64,000 bases of DNA from positions 32,136-96,135 of the forward strand of contig DASPMO010000054.1 in assembly GCA_035627015.1 (NCBI GenBank), in the 5' to 3' direction. Made by a program: the position numbers and the translations under genes. This DNA comes from Thermoanaerobaculia bacterium. GTDB taxonomy: Bacteria; Acidobacteriota; Thermoanaerobaculia; Gp7-AA8. Shown piece by piece: positions 1 through 10,105 of the stretch (position 1 is the stretch's first letter; each line of letters begins with the position of its first letter). A model generated the notes under the pieces. It ran no database searches and was not told where the DNA came from. It saw nothing but the letters and a program-made list of their open reading frames with translations.

Positions 1-104
1 TCGCTGACGGAGGTCTCGCCGCGGGCCAGCCGCGCCAGGATGGCGCGGCGCGTGGGGTCGGCCAGCGCGGCGAAGGTGGAGCTGAGGTGGTCTTGCTCAA
101 CCAT
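1..104 (-). CDS. ArsR/SmtB-family HTH transcriptional regulator (N-terminal part; gene continues beyond window start)
   Basis: Reverse-complement of 1-104 translates to MVEQDHLSSTFAALADPTRRAILARLARGETSVS, a classic ArsR HTH signature (ALADPTRRxIL). ATG at 104. Confidence 0.6.
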   Translation of the reverse strand, partial: MVEQDHLSSTFAALADPTRRAILARLARGETSVS

Positions 105-135
105 CGAGTTAATTAACCATATGGTTAACTACGTC
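105..135. promoter_or_regulatory. AT-rich 22-bp palindrome GTTAATTAACCATATGGTTAAC directly upstream of the ArsR start; candidate operator/-10 region
   Basis: Perfect dyad seen in sequence. It is the only AT-rich stretch in a GC-rich context and abuts the regulator start codon. Confidence 0.4.
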
Positions 136-145
136 GACGTGTCAA

Positions 146-266
146 GCCGTCTGGAGTGCGGCAGCGCCAGCTGCCGCTTTCCATTGCGGCAGCCGCAGCT
201 GCCGCGGTGGGCGGAGGCTGGCGCCTCCGCATCAAAAGCGGCAGCTGGCGCTGCCGCACTCCACAA
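146..266. repeat. Family-A palindromic intergenic element, copy 1 (termini GGAGTGCGGCAGCGCCAGCTGCCGC ... GCGGCAGCTGGCGCTGCCGCACTCC)
   Basis: Roughly 120-bp element with 25-bp terminal inverted repeats. Near-identical termini recur at 31441-31530 and 51398-51528. Confidence 0.6.
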
Positions 267-268
267 CA

Positions 269-1482
<1,214 letters not shown>

Positions 1483-1486
<4 letters not shown>

Positions 1487-2223
1487 GCTGCTTCCTCCAT
1501 CCCCGCCAGGTCGGCCGCGGCGGAGCGGCGGTTCCTCACCGGCTCGTCGCGGCGGATGCTGCCGTCGCGCACCTCGACGATGCGCTTCGCGTAGGCCGCC
1601 ACTTCCGGCTCGTGCGTGACCAGGACGACGGTGATGCCCTGCTCGTTCAGCTCCTGAAAGAGCGCCATGACCTCGATGGTCGTGCGCGAGTCGAGGTTGC
1701 CGGTCGGCTCGTCTGCCAGGACGAGAGCCGGCTCGGTGACCAGCGCGCGTGCAATCGCGACGCGCTGCTGCTGGCCGCCCGAGAGCTCGCTCGGCTGGTG
1801 GTCGACGCGCTCGCCGAGCCCGACGCGCTCCAGCGCGGCGATGGCCAGCGCCTTCGTGTCGCGCTTCTTTCCGCTGCGGTCGTACAGCATCGGCAGCTCG
1901 ACGTTTTCCAGCGCGGTCGTGCGCGGGAGGAGGTTGAAGCCCTGGAAGACGAAGCCGATCTTCTGGTTGCGGATCGCCGCCAGCTCGTTCTTGCCGAGGC
2001 CGTCGACGCGCACGCCGTCGAGCTCGTACGAGCCGGCGGTCGGCGTGTCGAGGCAGCCGAGGAGGTTCATGAGCGTCGACTTGCCGGAGCCCGACGTGCC
2101 CATGATCGCCACGAGCTCGCCGCGTCCGATGGTCAGGTCGATGCCGCGCAGCGCGTGCACTTCGTTCGTGCCGCTGACGTACGTCTTTGTCAGGCCGCTG
2201 GTGTGGATGACGGCGTCGCTCAT
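1483..2223 (-). CDS. ABC transporter ATP-binding protein (MacB/LolD type)
   Basis: Walker [13 protein letters not shown] signature [15 protein letters not shown] and Walker [13 protein letters not shown]. Confidence 0.9.
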
Positions 2224-3458
2224 CAGAATCCCCCTCGGGGGCCGCGCTGCTGCTGCTGTCCGCCCTGGAACGGGTTGCTCGACGTCTCCGTCTGCGCCGC
2301 CTGCGGCTGGGCCGTGCCGGCGATGACCTGCAGTCCTTCCTTCACGGTGTCGCCACGGACCTCGGTGAACGAGCCGTCGGTGACGCCGGTGCGCACGCGG
2401 ATCGACTGCAGCTTGCCGTTCGCATCGACGAAGTAGAGCGTGCCTGTCATCCTGAGCGCAGCGAAGGACCCCCCGCGGTTGCGCGCTGCACGTGCGTCGG
2501 CAGGGGTTCGTTCGCCGTCTTCGCGGCTCACGATGACAGCGGGATCCGGCTTGAAGCGGAGCGCCGCGTTGGCGACCTTCAGCACGTCGTCGGCGGAGCG
2601 CGTCACGAACTTCACGCGCGCGGTCATGCCGGGGAGGAGCTTGCGCTCTGCGTTGTCGACGTTGACGACGACGGTGTAGTTGACGACGTTCTCGGTGGTG
2701 GCCGACTGCAGGCGCACCTGCTCGACGGTGCCTTCGAAGGTGTCGCGCGGCAGCGCCTGCACCGTGAACTTGACCTTCTGCCCTTCCTTGATTCCGGCGA
2801 TATCCCCCTCGCCGACTTTGGCCAGGATCTGCATCCGGGTGAGGTCGTTGGCGATGAGGAAGAGCTGCGGAGTGGAGAGGCTGGCCGCGACGGTCTGGCC
2901 GAGGTCGACGTTGCGCTCGACCACGACGCCGTCGATCGGCGCGTAGATGTTGGTGTACTCGAGGTTGCGCTTGGCGCGCTCGAGGGCCACCTGCGCCGAC
3001 TTCACGTTGGCGCGGGCGACGTCGGCCGACGAGTCGGTCATCTCGACTTCGCTGCGCGCGACGAGGCCGGCGGACGCGAGCTCGGCGTTGCGGTTGTACT
3101 CGCGCGCAGCCTGCCGCGCCTGCGCCTGGGCACGCTCGAGCGCGGCATAGGCGTCGGTGACGGCCTGCTGCTGCAGAGTCGGGTCGATGCGCGCGAGCAG
3201 CTGGCCCTTCTTCACCGTGTCGTTGAAGTCGACGAACAGCTCCGACACCTGGCCGGAGACCTGGGTGCCGACCTGGACGGTGCGGACCGCGTTGAGCGTG
3301 CCGGTCGCGGACACGCTCGCTTCGACATCACCGCGCTCGACGGCGGTGAACCGGTATGTGGTCGTCTCGCGCGCGAACGCCTGCCTGTGGACGAGCACGC
3401 CGACGACGGCCAGCACCGCGATGAGGGCAATGGCGATCGTTGTCTTTTTCTTTCTCAT
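2223..3458 (-). CDS. macA: Efflux transporter periplasmic adaptor subunit (HlyD/MacA family)
   Basis: Signal/TM anchor, coiled-coil and beta-barrel adaptor architecture. Stop/start abuts the ATPase gene. The start is taken at the second Met (MRKKKTT) because the first Met lies inside a conserved leader element. Confidence 0.8.
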   Translation of the reverse strand: MRKKKTTIAIALIAVLAVVGVLVHRQAFARETTTYRFTAVERGDVEASVSATGTLNAVRTVQVGTQVSGQVSELFVDFNDTVKKGQLLARIDPTLQQQAVTDAYAALERAQAQARQAAREYNRNAELASAGLVARSEVEMTDSSADVARANVKSAQVALERAKRNLEYTNIYAPIDGVVVERNVDLGQTVAASLSTPQLFLIANDLTRMQILAKVGEGDIAGIKEGQKVKFTVQALPRDTFEGTVEQVRLQSATTENVVNYTVVVNVDNAERKLLPGMTARVKFVTRSADDVLKVANAALRFKPDPAVIVSREDGERTPADARAARNRGGSFAALRMTGTLYFVDANGKLQSIRVRTGVTDGSFTEVRGDTVKEGLQVIAGTAQPQAAQTETSSNPFQGGQQQQRGPRGGF

Positions 3459-3538
3459 GCGCTCTTCAACGAGGCCGAAGGTGCGCACACTTCAGAAAAA
3501 CGACGACCTGCACGCGGGTGTCATGAACTGCACGGCCA
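3459..3538 (-). promoter_or_regulatory. Conserved ~85-nt leader/promoter element, copy 1 (GTGCAGTTCATGACAC...TGAAGTgTGCGC...CCTCGTTGAAGrGCGCATG)
   Basis: Near-identical element upstream of the SLT gene at 10023-10105. The conservation runs right up to the start codon. Confidence 0.5.
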
Positions 3539-3632
3539 GACGTAGGTCGGGCTTCAGCCCGACTGGCTCTCGCGCCATCCGGCCTTCCCTGCAGACGGGC
3601 ACGCGGAGACGGGCTGAAGCCCGTCCTACGTC
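3539..3632. repeat. Family-B REP hairpin pair (ACGTAGGTCGGGCTTCAGCCCGAC ... GACGGGCTGAAGCCCGTCCTACGT)
   Basis: Two inverted copies of the 13-bp-stem/5-nt-loop hairpin. The second copy supplies the TAG stop of plsC (minus strand). Confidence 0.7.
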
Positions 3633-4345
3633 AGCGTGCTCATCGCCGCCACCGCTTCGCGCAGCCGTTCCGCGATCGCGACCGCCCCCTCTTTGTCGCT
3701 GTTGACGCCGGCGAACTGCAGCGGTTTCCCAATAACCAGCCGTAGCTTGCGCGGGCGGGGGATCCACTTCCCTTTCGGCCACGCCCGGTACGCTCCGTCG
3801 AGATAGCAGGGGACGACAGGCGTGCTCGTCCCGGCGGTGAGGAAGCCGATGCCGGGCTTGAACTTGCCGATCGCGCCGTCCGCCGTGCGCGTCCCCTCGG
3901 GAAAGAGGATGAGGATGTGGCCCGGCGCGTCGAGGAGCTGACGGCAGAGGGCGAGGCTCTGGCGCGGGTTCTCCTTGCGGTCGAAGGGCATGGCGTTGAC
4001 GACGATCGCGGAGAAGACGAGCTTGGAGAGGTTGGTGAAGAAGTAGTCGCTCGCCGCGGCGGGGAAGGCGCGGTGGATCTTGCGCAGCGGCAGCGCGGCC
4101 AGGAGCGCCGGCGCATCGAGATGGCTGCCGTGGTTGGCGACCATGACGAACGAGCCCTCGGACGGCAGGTTCTCACGGCCGACGATCTCCAGCCGGTGCC
4201 AGGCGCGCATCAGCAAACGGATGACGAGGTTCGTCAGCGACCGCGCGGCGTACACGAAGAGATCCGGATGCCGCGGAAAGTTCTTCAGCCGCTCGATCGG
4301 CGCCTGATCGAAGTCCTCGGTCGGCTGATAGCGCCACTCGTCCAT
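3626..4345 (-). CDS. plsC: 1-acyl-sn-glycerol-3-phosphate acyltransferase
   Basis: VMVANHGSHLDAPAL (HX4D acyltransferase motif) and FPEGTRT motif. The long N-terminal extension in the ORF track overlaps cdsA and is rejected. Confidence 0.8.
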   Translation of the reverse strand: MDEWRYQPTEDFDQAPIERLKNFPRHPDLFVYAARSLTNLVIRLLMRAWHRLEIVGRENLPSEGSFVMVANHGSHLDAPALLAALPLRKIHRAFPAAASDYFFTNLSKLVFSAIVVNAMPFDRKENPRQSLALCRQLLDAPGHILILFPEGTRTADGAIGKFKPGIGFLTAGTSTPVVPCYLDGAYRAWPKGKWIPRPRKLRLVIGKPLQFAGVNSDKEGAVAIAERLREAVAAMSTLT

Positions 4346-4347
4346 CT

Positions 4348-5271
4348 TCACAGTCCGCGGAAGTAGCGCACCATGTGAAAAAAGAGCGGTGCGACGTAGA
4401 TCAGCGAGTCGACGCGATCGAGCACGCCGCCGTGTCCCTCCAGCAGCGCGCCCATGTCCTTGATGCCGATGTCCCGCTTGATCACGCTGATGGAGAGGTC
4501 GCCGAGCTGGCTGCCGACGCCGACGATCACGCCGGCCAGCAGCAGCTCGCGCGTGCCGAGCTCGGGGAACGAGAAGCGCACCAGCCAGGGGAAGGCCATC
4601 GACACCGCGAACGCGCCGAGTGCCCCCGCCCAGGTCTTGTTCGGGCTGATGTTCGGGCGGAACTTGCGGCGGCCGAAGATCCGTCCGAAGGTGAACGCGG
4701 CGATGTCGCACAGCGGCACCGCGAAGAGGAGGTAGAGGAGGTAGCCGTACGCGTTGCGCGCGTTGGCCAGGAACGCGAGGTGGCCGAACATCCAGCCCAT
4801 GTAGATGAAGCCGAGCAGCGCCAGCGCGATCGGCTGCAACTGCCCCTTCGCGCGGTCGCGCGCGATCGGGATCATCAGGATCGCCGCGACGACGTACACC
4901 GGCAGCGCCATCAGCATGCCGTACCACCCCGGCTCGCCGGTGACGGGCGTGTCGATGTACGAGACCACTCCCACCGCGGCGATGCCGAGCAGCACGATGC
5001 CGGTCATCCACCAGTCGCGATAGAGGCCGGTGGCGCGGGCGAACTCGCTGAACGCGCCGAGGGCCAGCAGGGTGAAGAAGAGGATGGTGGTGAGGCGGCC
5101 GAAGTAGAGCGCGGTGAAGACGAGCGGGATGATGATCAGCCAGCCGCGATACGCCTTCCACGCGTGGTCGACGTTCTTTTTCAGCCCGAAGCGGAGCACG
5201 GCCAGCAAGGCCCCCGCGACGACGAGCAGGCCGACGAGCACGACGAGGTAGCTGCGAAAGACCGGATTCAT
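4348..5271 (-). CDS. cdsA: Phosphatidate cytidylyltransferase (CDP-diacylglycerol synthase)
   Basis: Polytopic membrane protein of 307 aa with the C-terminal CdsA signature region (SxxKRxxGxKDxGxxxPGHGGxxDRxDS: SVIKRDIGIKDMGALLEGHGGVLDRVDS). Confidence 0.9.
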   Translation of the reverse strand: MNPVFRSYLVVLVGLLVVAGALLAVLRFGLKKNVDHAWKAYRGWLIIIPLVFTALYFGRLTTILFFTLLALGAFSEFARATGLYRDWWMTGIVLLGIAAVGVVSYIDTPVTGEPGWYGMLMALPVYVVAAILMIPIARDRAKGQLQPIALALLGFIYMGWMFGHLAFLANARNAYGYLLYLLFAVPLCDIAAFTFGRIFGRRKFRPNISPNKTWAGALGAFAVSMAFPWLVRFSFPELGTRELLLAGVIVGVGSQLGDLSISVIKRDIGIKDMGALLEGHGGVLDRVDSLIYVAPLFFHMVRYFRGL

Positions 5272-5702
5272 CCGTACACCGATGATAGGACGAGCGCGGC
5301 GAGTTGTGCGATGACGGCGATGGCTGCCTGGACGATGAGCCGCTTCGCGCCGCGGGAGCGGTCGATCCAGTCGCGAGGCGCGTCTGGACCGGCTGAAGCC
5401 CGTCCTGCGTTCAGCATCCGCATCGCGCGAGGCGCGCTCGACGTAGGGCGGGCTTCAGCCCGCCCAAGCGCGCGGTCGAGCGCATCGGTCGCAATCCGCC
5501 CCGCGGCAACGTCGTCGAACAACTTGGCGTCGAGCGAGACGCGGAAGCAGAAGTAGATCGCCGCGACACCGAGGACGATCGCCGCAATGGCCACCTGGAA
5601 CGCGGCGACGATCGTCAGCCCGACGGCGAGGCCGGAGAGGCTCGCCGCGGCGCGGAGGAGCCGCGCGGTGACGATGACGTGTGCGCGCTCTTCGTCAGTC
5701 AT
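5268..5702 (-). CDS. Small membrane protein (hypothetical) carrying an in-frame family-B REP insertion
   Basis: 144 aa. Its stop overlaps the cdsA start (ATGA). The REP-derived peptide GRAEARPTSS...GRASAGP sits in a loop. Confidence 0.5.
   Translation of the reverse strand: MTDEERAHVIVTARLLRAAASLSGLAVGLTIVAAFQVAIAAIVLGVAAIYFCFRVSLDAKLFDDVAAGRIATDALDRALGRAEARPTSSAPRAMRMLNAGRASAGPDAPRDWIDRSRGAKRLIVQAAIAVIAQLAALVLSSVYG
5386..5470. repeat. Family-B REP hairpin pair (degenerate), intragenic
   Basis: GGCTGAAGCCCGTCCTGCGT ... ACGTAGGGCGGGCTTCAGCCCGCCC inside ORF 5268-5702. The reading frame is kept. Confidence 0.6.
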
Positions 5703-6930
5703 GATGCAGCACGATCGAGGGACGCGCCTTGCGCACCATCGCCGCGGCCTCGTCGAACGAGGCGGCGCGGCGCGTCGTCAGCAGCCATTCCACGACCGCG
5801 CGGGCGCTGCGCGAGTAGCCGAGGGCGCAGCAGACGAGGAGTGGCTTCGGCGCCGACTCGATGGCCTGTGCCGCGGTGCGCAGGGCGTCCGCATTCGGGA
5901 CGGTGAGATCGAGCACGGGGACGTTGCGATAGGCAGGGTGTTCCGCGCACGACAGCTCGGCGCAGAGATCGACGATCGCGGCGAACGGCTCGCCCGACGT
6001 CGGGATGCGTCCGATCCACACACCGTCGCGCACTTCCGCCGCGCCGGGATGGTTGCGCGTCCAGAGGCGCGAGTTCAGCCACGCCGCGCCGAGGTACGGC
6101 GCGAGCAGCGCGCGGGCGCCGAGGCTCAACCGGCCGCTGGACGATTTCTGGAAGCCGCGCTCGCCGACGGCGGCGTAGATCAGCGCCACGATCGCCAGCG
6201 AGGCCGCGGGCCAGCACATCCAGAGCCACGCGCCGCCGAGAGACGCCACCGCGGTGCAGAGCGCGGCGCCGGCCGCGTAGAACAGCGCCAGGCGGCGGCG
6301 TCTCCGGTCGCGCGTGAACGACAGGCGCCGCAGCGGCGACTCTTCCTCATCCGGCAGGATCCAGAGCGCGAGGAAGCCGACCGCGGCACCGGTGGGGAGA
6401 TCGATGAAGTGGTGTTGATACGTCGTCAGGATCGATACACCGATCAGTGCCATCCACCCGTGGAACAGCCAGCGCATGCGTCGCAGATGCGCGGCGAAGC
6501 GGACCCACACCACGATGAGCAGGGCGATGTGCAGCGAGGGCGCCTGGTTGAACGGCTTGTCGAAACTGGTCAGGGCGGTGAAGAGCGCGCCGAACACTCC
6601 GTCGGACTGCGGCCGCTCGAACGAGAAGCGCAGCGGGAAAGCGATGAAGCAGGCGATCGAGACGAGTTGCGCGAACAGCAGCCGCTGCCCATGGCGATCG
6701 ACTTCGCGGCGCGTCGTGCAGACGAAGAACGAGATCGCGTACAGCAGGTCGATCGACCAGTACGGCACGATGGTCCACGGCACGAAGGGAATGTGCCGTT
6801 CCCACGCGAAGGCGACCACGCCGACGTCCGCCCGCGTGCTGGCCAGCCAGTTCGCGAAGCCGTAGCTGGCGAAGAAGAACGGGCCGAGAAAAGCCAGCCA
6901 CGCGGCGGCGCGCTTCCAGGGACGCTTCAC
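5695..6930 (-). CDS. Membrane protein with SMS/IPC-synthase-like (PAP2_C) catalytic motifs fused to a C-terminal dual-specificity (PTPMT1-like) phosphatase domain
   Basis: GTG start in a GTGA overlap with the upstream gene. The polytopic N-terminal domain carries ...APSLH...(about 40 aa)...YQHHFIDLPTG (an SGH ... HYTxD-like H/H/D triad). The C-terminus has VCCALGYSRS, a CX5R(S) PTP/DSP P-loop. Confidence 0.6.
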   Translation of the reverse strand: MKRPWKRAAAWLAFLGPFFFASYGFANWLASTRADVGVVAFAWERHIPFVPWTIVPYWSIDLLYAISFFVCTTRREVDRHGQRLLFAQLVSIACFIAFPLRFSFERPQSDGVFGALFTALTSFDKPFNQAPSLHIALLIVVWVRFAAHLRRMRWLFHGWMALIGVSILTTYQHHFIDLPTGAAVGFLALWILPDEEESPLRRLSFTRDRRRRRLALFYAAGAALCTAVASLGGAWLWMCWPAASLAIVALIYAAVGERGFQKSSSGRLSLGARALLAPYLGAAWLNSRLWTRNHPGAAEVRDGVWIGRIPTSGEPFAAIVDLCAELSCAEHPAYRNVPVLDLTVPNADALRTAAQAIESAPKPLLVCCALGYSRSARAVVEWLLTTRRAASFDEAAAMVRKARPSIVLHHD

Positions 6931-8663
6931 GCCCGCACCGATAGGGAGACGGTGAAGATCCCCCAGTCGTCGATGCGCTGCTCCAGCTTGCGGAAGCCCG
7001 CGCGCTCCACGAGCTGGTCCATCTCCCCCTGCGAGCGGCGCCGCATCACCCACGCCTCGCCGCCGCGGTGGCTGGTCAGCGCGCGCGCGATCAGCTCGAG
7101 CTGCGGGTGCCACGGCTGGCCGGTATAGACGAGGTATCCCCCCGCCGGGACGGCATCGGCGATCCCCGCGAGCGAGCGCGCCACGAGGTCGTTGTCGCCG
7201 AAGAGCTCGTAGAGTCCGGAGACGATGGCCAGCGTCGGACGCGGGGTCACCGCGGCGAGGGAGGCGCGGTCGAAGGCGTCGCCCTGCACGAAGCGCGCGA
7301 CGTCACCCAGTCCCTTCGACTGGATCATGGCCGCGCCCTGGCGCACATTCAGCTCGCTGTAATCGCGCAGGAGGATCGAGTCGGGACGCGTGGCCGCGCC
7401 GTTCAGCGCCTCGAGCACGTAGCGTCCGTGTCCGGCGGCGACGTCCATCACATGTACCGGCTGGCCCGCCTCGCGCAGCTTCTCCATCGCCAGGCGGATC
7501 AGCTCCTCGACGTGCACCTTGCGCCGGCGGATACCGCGCCAGCCGATCGACTGCAGGTAGTTCCTGTCGATCACGCGGCCCAGGAGCGAGGGGCTGTCGG
7601 GCTGGTTGCGGTAGACGTAATCGAGCGTGCTGCCGGAGTCGAAGCCCGTCTCGTGGCCGAGCTTCAGGCCGTTCGACAACGCGCCGCCGAGGCGCATGCC
7701 CGCGCGCGTCGCCGCCCAGTACAGGCCGCGCGGCGAGAACGGCGAGAGCGGCGTGGCCAGTTCGTCCGCCTCCTGCCGCGTCGGGCCGGTCCGGTGCGAC
7801 TGCGTGAGGTCGACGGTGACCGGCGGCTCGGCGAAGCGCTTTTCGATGAATGTACGCGCGAGCTGCACCGCTTTGGCGCGCTCTTTTTCGCCGAGGGTGT
7901 CGTGGTAGAAGCCGGGCAGCACGTGCCGCTCCTTGACCGTGCTGCCGAGGCGGTTGAAGAAGTCGTGCTGCGGCTTGTGGTGCACGACGAAGTCGGAGCC
8001 GGAGATGAGCAACTGCAGCGGCACGGTGATGGCCTGCGCGTCGGCCACCACCCGCTCCGCGGCCGCGTACAGCTCCAGGAGGATGTTGACGGAGATGTCG
8101 CGCGTGATGAGCGGGTCGGCGTCGAACGACTCGATGCGCCGCGGGTCGTGGGTGAGGAACTTCGACTTCACGTAGCTCTTCACCACGAAGTTGCCGCGCA
8201 GCTTCTGCATCAGCGCCAGCCCCGGCCGCGCCAGCGGGACGTACAGCTTGACCTTGAACGCGGGCGAGGCCAGGACGGCGCAGCGCACCTTCGGCGCGTA
8301 GTCGTGCAGCCACGTCGCGGCCAGCACGGCGCCGACGCTCTGCGCGATCACGGCCACGTTCTCGATGCCGTGCGTGCCGGCGATCCCGCCGACGAAGTCG
8401 TTTACGTCGCGCACGGAGGTGGCGAAGCTCGGGCTGTGTCCGCGCTCGCCGGGCGAGCGGCCGTGGCCGCGCGCGTCCCACGCGTAGAAGGCATACCCGG
8501 GAAGATCCAGCTCGTCGATGAGATGCGCCATGCGTCCGGAGTGCTCGTGCCCGCGGTGGAACAGCACGATGGCGCCTTTGGCATTCTCGGCCGGCCAGTG
8601 CCGGTAGAACAGCTCCACGCCGTCGAACGTGCGGAAGCTCTTCTCCTCAGACGGACGATTCAC
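6927..8663 (-). CDS. Bifunctional alpha/beta-hydrolase (lysophospholipase/monoglyceride-lipase-like) - class I SAM-dependent methyltransferase
   Basis: N-terminus: HRGHEHSGR...AQSVGA nucleophile elbow and DTLGE. C-terminus: VMDVAAGHGRY SAM-binding motif I. 578 aa. Overlaps both neighbouring genes. Confidence 0.75.
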   Translation of the reverse strand: MNRPSEEKSFRTFDGVELFYRHWPAENAKGAIVLFHRGHEHSGRMAHLIDELDLPGYAFYAWDARGHGRSPGERGHSPSFATSVRDVNDFVGGIAGTHGIENVAVIAQSVGAVLAATWLHDYAPKVRCAVLASPAFKVKLYVPLARPGLALMQKLRGNFVVKSYVKSKFLTHDPRRIESFDADPLITRDISVNILLELYAAAERVVADAQAITVPLQLLISGSDFVVHHKPQHDFFNRLGSTVKERHVLPGFYHDTLGEKERAKAVQLARTFIEKRFAEPPVTVDLTQSHRTGPTRQEADELATPLSPFSPRGLYWAATRAGMRLGGALSNGLKLGHETGFDSGSTLDYVYRNQPDSPSLLGRVIDRNYLQSIGWRGIRRRKVHVEELIRLAMEKLREAGQPVHVMDVAAGHGRYVLEALNGAATRPDSILLRDYSELNVRQGAAMIQSKGLGDVARFVQGDAFDRASLAAVTPRPTLAIVSGLYELFGDNDLVARSLAGIADAVPAGGYLVYTGQPWHPQLELIARALTSHRGGEAWVMRRRSQGEMDQLVERAGFRKLEQRIDDWGIFTVSLSVRA

Positions 8664-9237
8664 GCAGCCCTCCTCGGATTCGATTGACGATCGTGACCGC
8701 GACCAGCGCGGCGATGCCCCACAGGATCGCGTCGTGCAGCGGCCAGCGCAGCGCCACGGCGATGGCCAGCAGGGAGAAGACGAACGCGCGGTCGCTCTTT
8801 CCCATCGGCCCGTCGTAGCGCCGGGCGGCGCCGGTCATCACCGCCACGACGCCGGTCATCTCCGACAGCGAGGCGGCGAAGATGACGGCCGAGACGCTCC
8901 ACCAGGTGAACGGCGCGACGAACGCGAACGGCAGGTAGAGCGCGGCGTCGGAGACGACGTCGGTCAGCTCGTTCAGGTACGCGCCGAGGTGCGACTTCTG
9001 ACCGAACTCGCGCGCCAGCATGCCGTCGACGGCGTTCAGGCCCATGCGCACGAACATCCACAGCGGCACGAGCGCGAACCACTGCCGCGGCGCGCTCACG
9101 AGGAACGCGCCGAGGGCGATGGAGACGAGGCAGGCGAAGACCGTGACCTGATTCGCCGTCACGCCGAGGGCCTGCAGGCGCCGCACGAGCGGCCGCAGGA
9201 ACGCCTGAAACCGCGTTTTCAGGGTGTAGATCGACAT
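8647..9237 (-). CDS. CDP-alcohol phosphatidyltransferase (PgsA/PIP-synthase-like, 196 aa)
   Basis: NAVDGMLAREFGQKSHLGAYLNELTDVVSD matches D-G-x2-A-R-x8-G-x3-D-x3-D. About 6 TM segments. Confidence 0.85.
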   Translation of the reverse strand: MSIYTLKTRFQAFLRPLVRRLQALGVTANQVTVFACLVSIALGAFLVSAPRQWFALVPLWMFVRMGLNAVDGMLAREFGQKSHLGAYLNELTDVVSDAALYLPFAFVAPFTWWSVSAVIFAASLSEMTGVVAVMTGAARRYDGPMGKSDRAFVFSLLAIAVALRWPLHDAILWGIAALVAVTIVNRIRGGLRESSV

Positions 9238-9260
9238 CGGACGTGAGCGCGATTATGCAC

Positions 9261-10022
9261 TCAGGCGTTGATGTCGAATCCGTACTTTTCCGGCTCCTTG
9301 GCGATGCGCGCGGCGGCGATCATCAGCGGCACGTAGTCGGCCGTCTCCTGCGGGAGCAGCTCGGCGATGGCGTAGTAGTCATCCTCCGACCCCTTCTCCG
9401 AGCCGGTCACGCTGCGCATGATGCGTCCGACGCGATTCTCGCCGGTGTTGTACGCGGCCGCGGCCAGGTACCAGGAGCCGAAGCGGTCGTACAGGTCGCC
9501 GAGATACGACAGCGCGGCCTCGGTCGACTTTTCCGGATCGGTGCGCTCGTCGACTTTGCGGTCGACGGTCAGGCCGTAGCGCTCCGCGGTCGGCTCGATG
9601 AACTGCCACAACCCCTTCGCCTTCGCGGCCGACGTTGCCACGGGGTTGAAGCCCGACTCGATCATGGCCAGGTAGACGAGGTCCTGCGGCATCCCGCGCG
9701 CGGCGAGCTTCTCGCTGATCATCGGCGCGTACTTCGGCATCCGCTTCAGGAAGACCGTGAAGTCGTCGCGGCCGTCGGTCTGGAAGAACTCGACCCAGCG
9801 ATCGACACGCGGATGGTCGAGGTTGGGGAGATCCCACCCGGTCGTTTGCTCGGGTGGAGCGGCGGCATGCAGGCTACCGACCGCCACCGGCGCGCTCTCG
9901 ACCACGGCCGGCGGGCTGAAACCCGCCGCTCCACCGGGCCGATTCCCGAGTCCGGCGACGAACGACGCGCCGAACAGCGCCGCGAGGGCAAGGGGGATTG
10001 CTGCGTCTTTCGTCTTCATCAT
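9261..10022 (-). CDS. Lytic transglycosylase, SLT domain (MltD/Slt-like), secreted
   Basis: Signal peptide MMKTKDAAIPLALAALFGASFVAG. SLT motifs MIESGFNP...GLWQF...AAYNTGENRV. Confidence 0.8.
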   Translation of the reverse strand: MMKTKDAAIPLALAALFGASFVAGLGNRPGGAAGFSPPAVVESAPVAVGSLHAAAPPEQTTGWDLPNLDHPRVDRWVEFFQTDGRDDFTVFLKRMPKYAPMISEKLAARGMPQDLVYLAMIESGFNPVATSAAKAKGLWQFIEPTAERYGLTVDRKVDERTDPEKSTEAALSYLGDLYDRFGSWYLAAAAYNTGENRVGRIMRSVTGSEKGSEDDYYAIAELLPQETADYVPLMIAAARIAKEPEKYGFDINA

Positions 10023-10105
10023 GCGCCCTTCAACGAGGGCCGCGAGGCGCATACTTCACCTGGGTAACGATATGCACGAACGTGTCATGAACTGCACCGG
10101 AGTGA
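10023..10105 (-). promoter_or_regulatory. Conserved ~85-nt leader/promoter element, copy 2
   Basis: GTGCAGTTCATGACACGTTCGTGCAT...TGAAGTATGCGCC...CCCTCGTTGAAGGGCGCATG aligns nearly base-for-base with 3459-3538. Confidence 0.5.

Noticed and set aside
3626-5161. 511-aa ORF-track frame extending plsC far upstream through cdsA
   Set aside because: Only the C-terminal 240 aa carry acyltransferase motifs. The extension is a Pro/Arg/His-rich out-of-frame read of cdsA. The true start is taken at ATG 4345, just after the cdsA stop.
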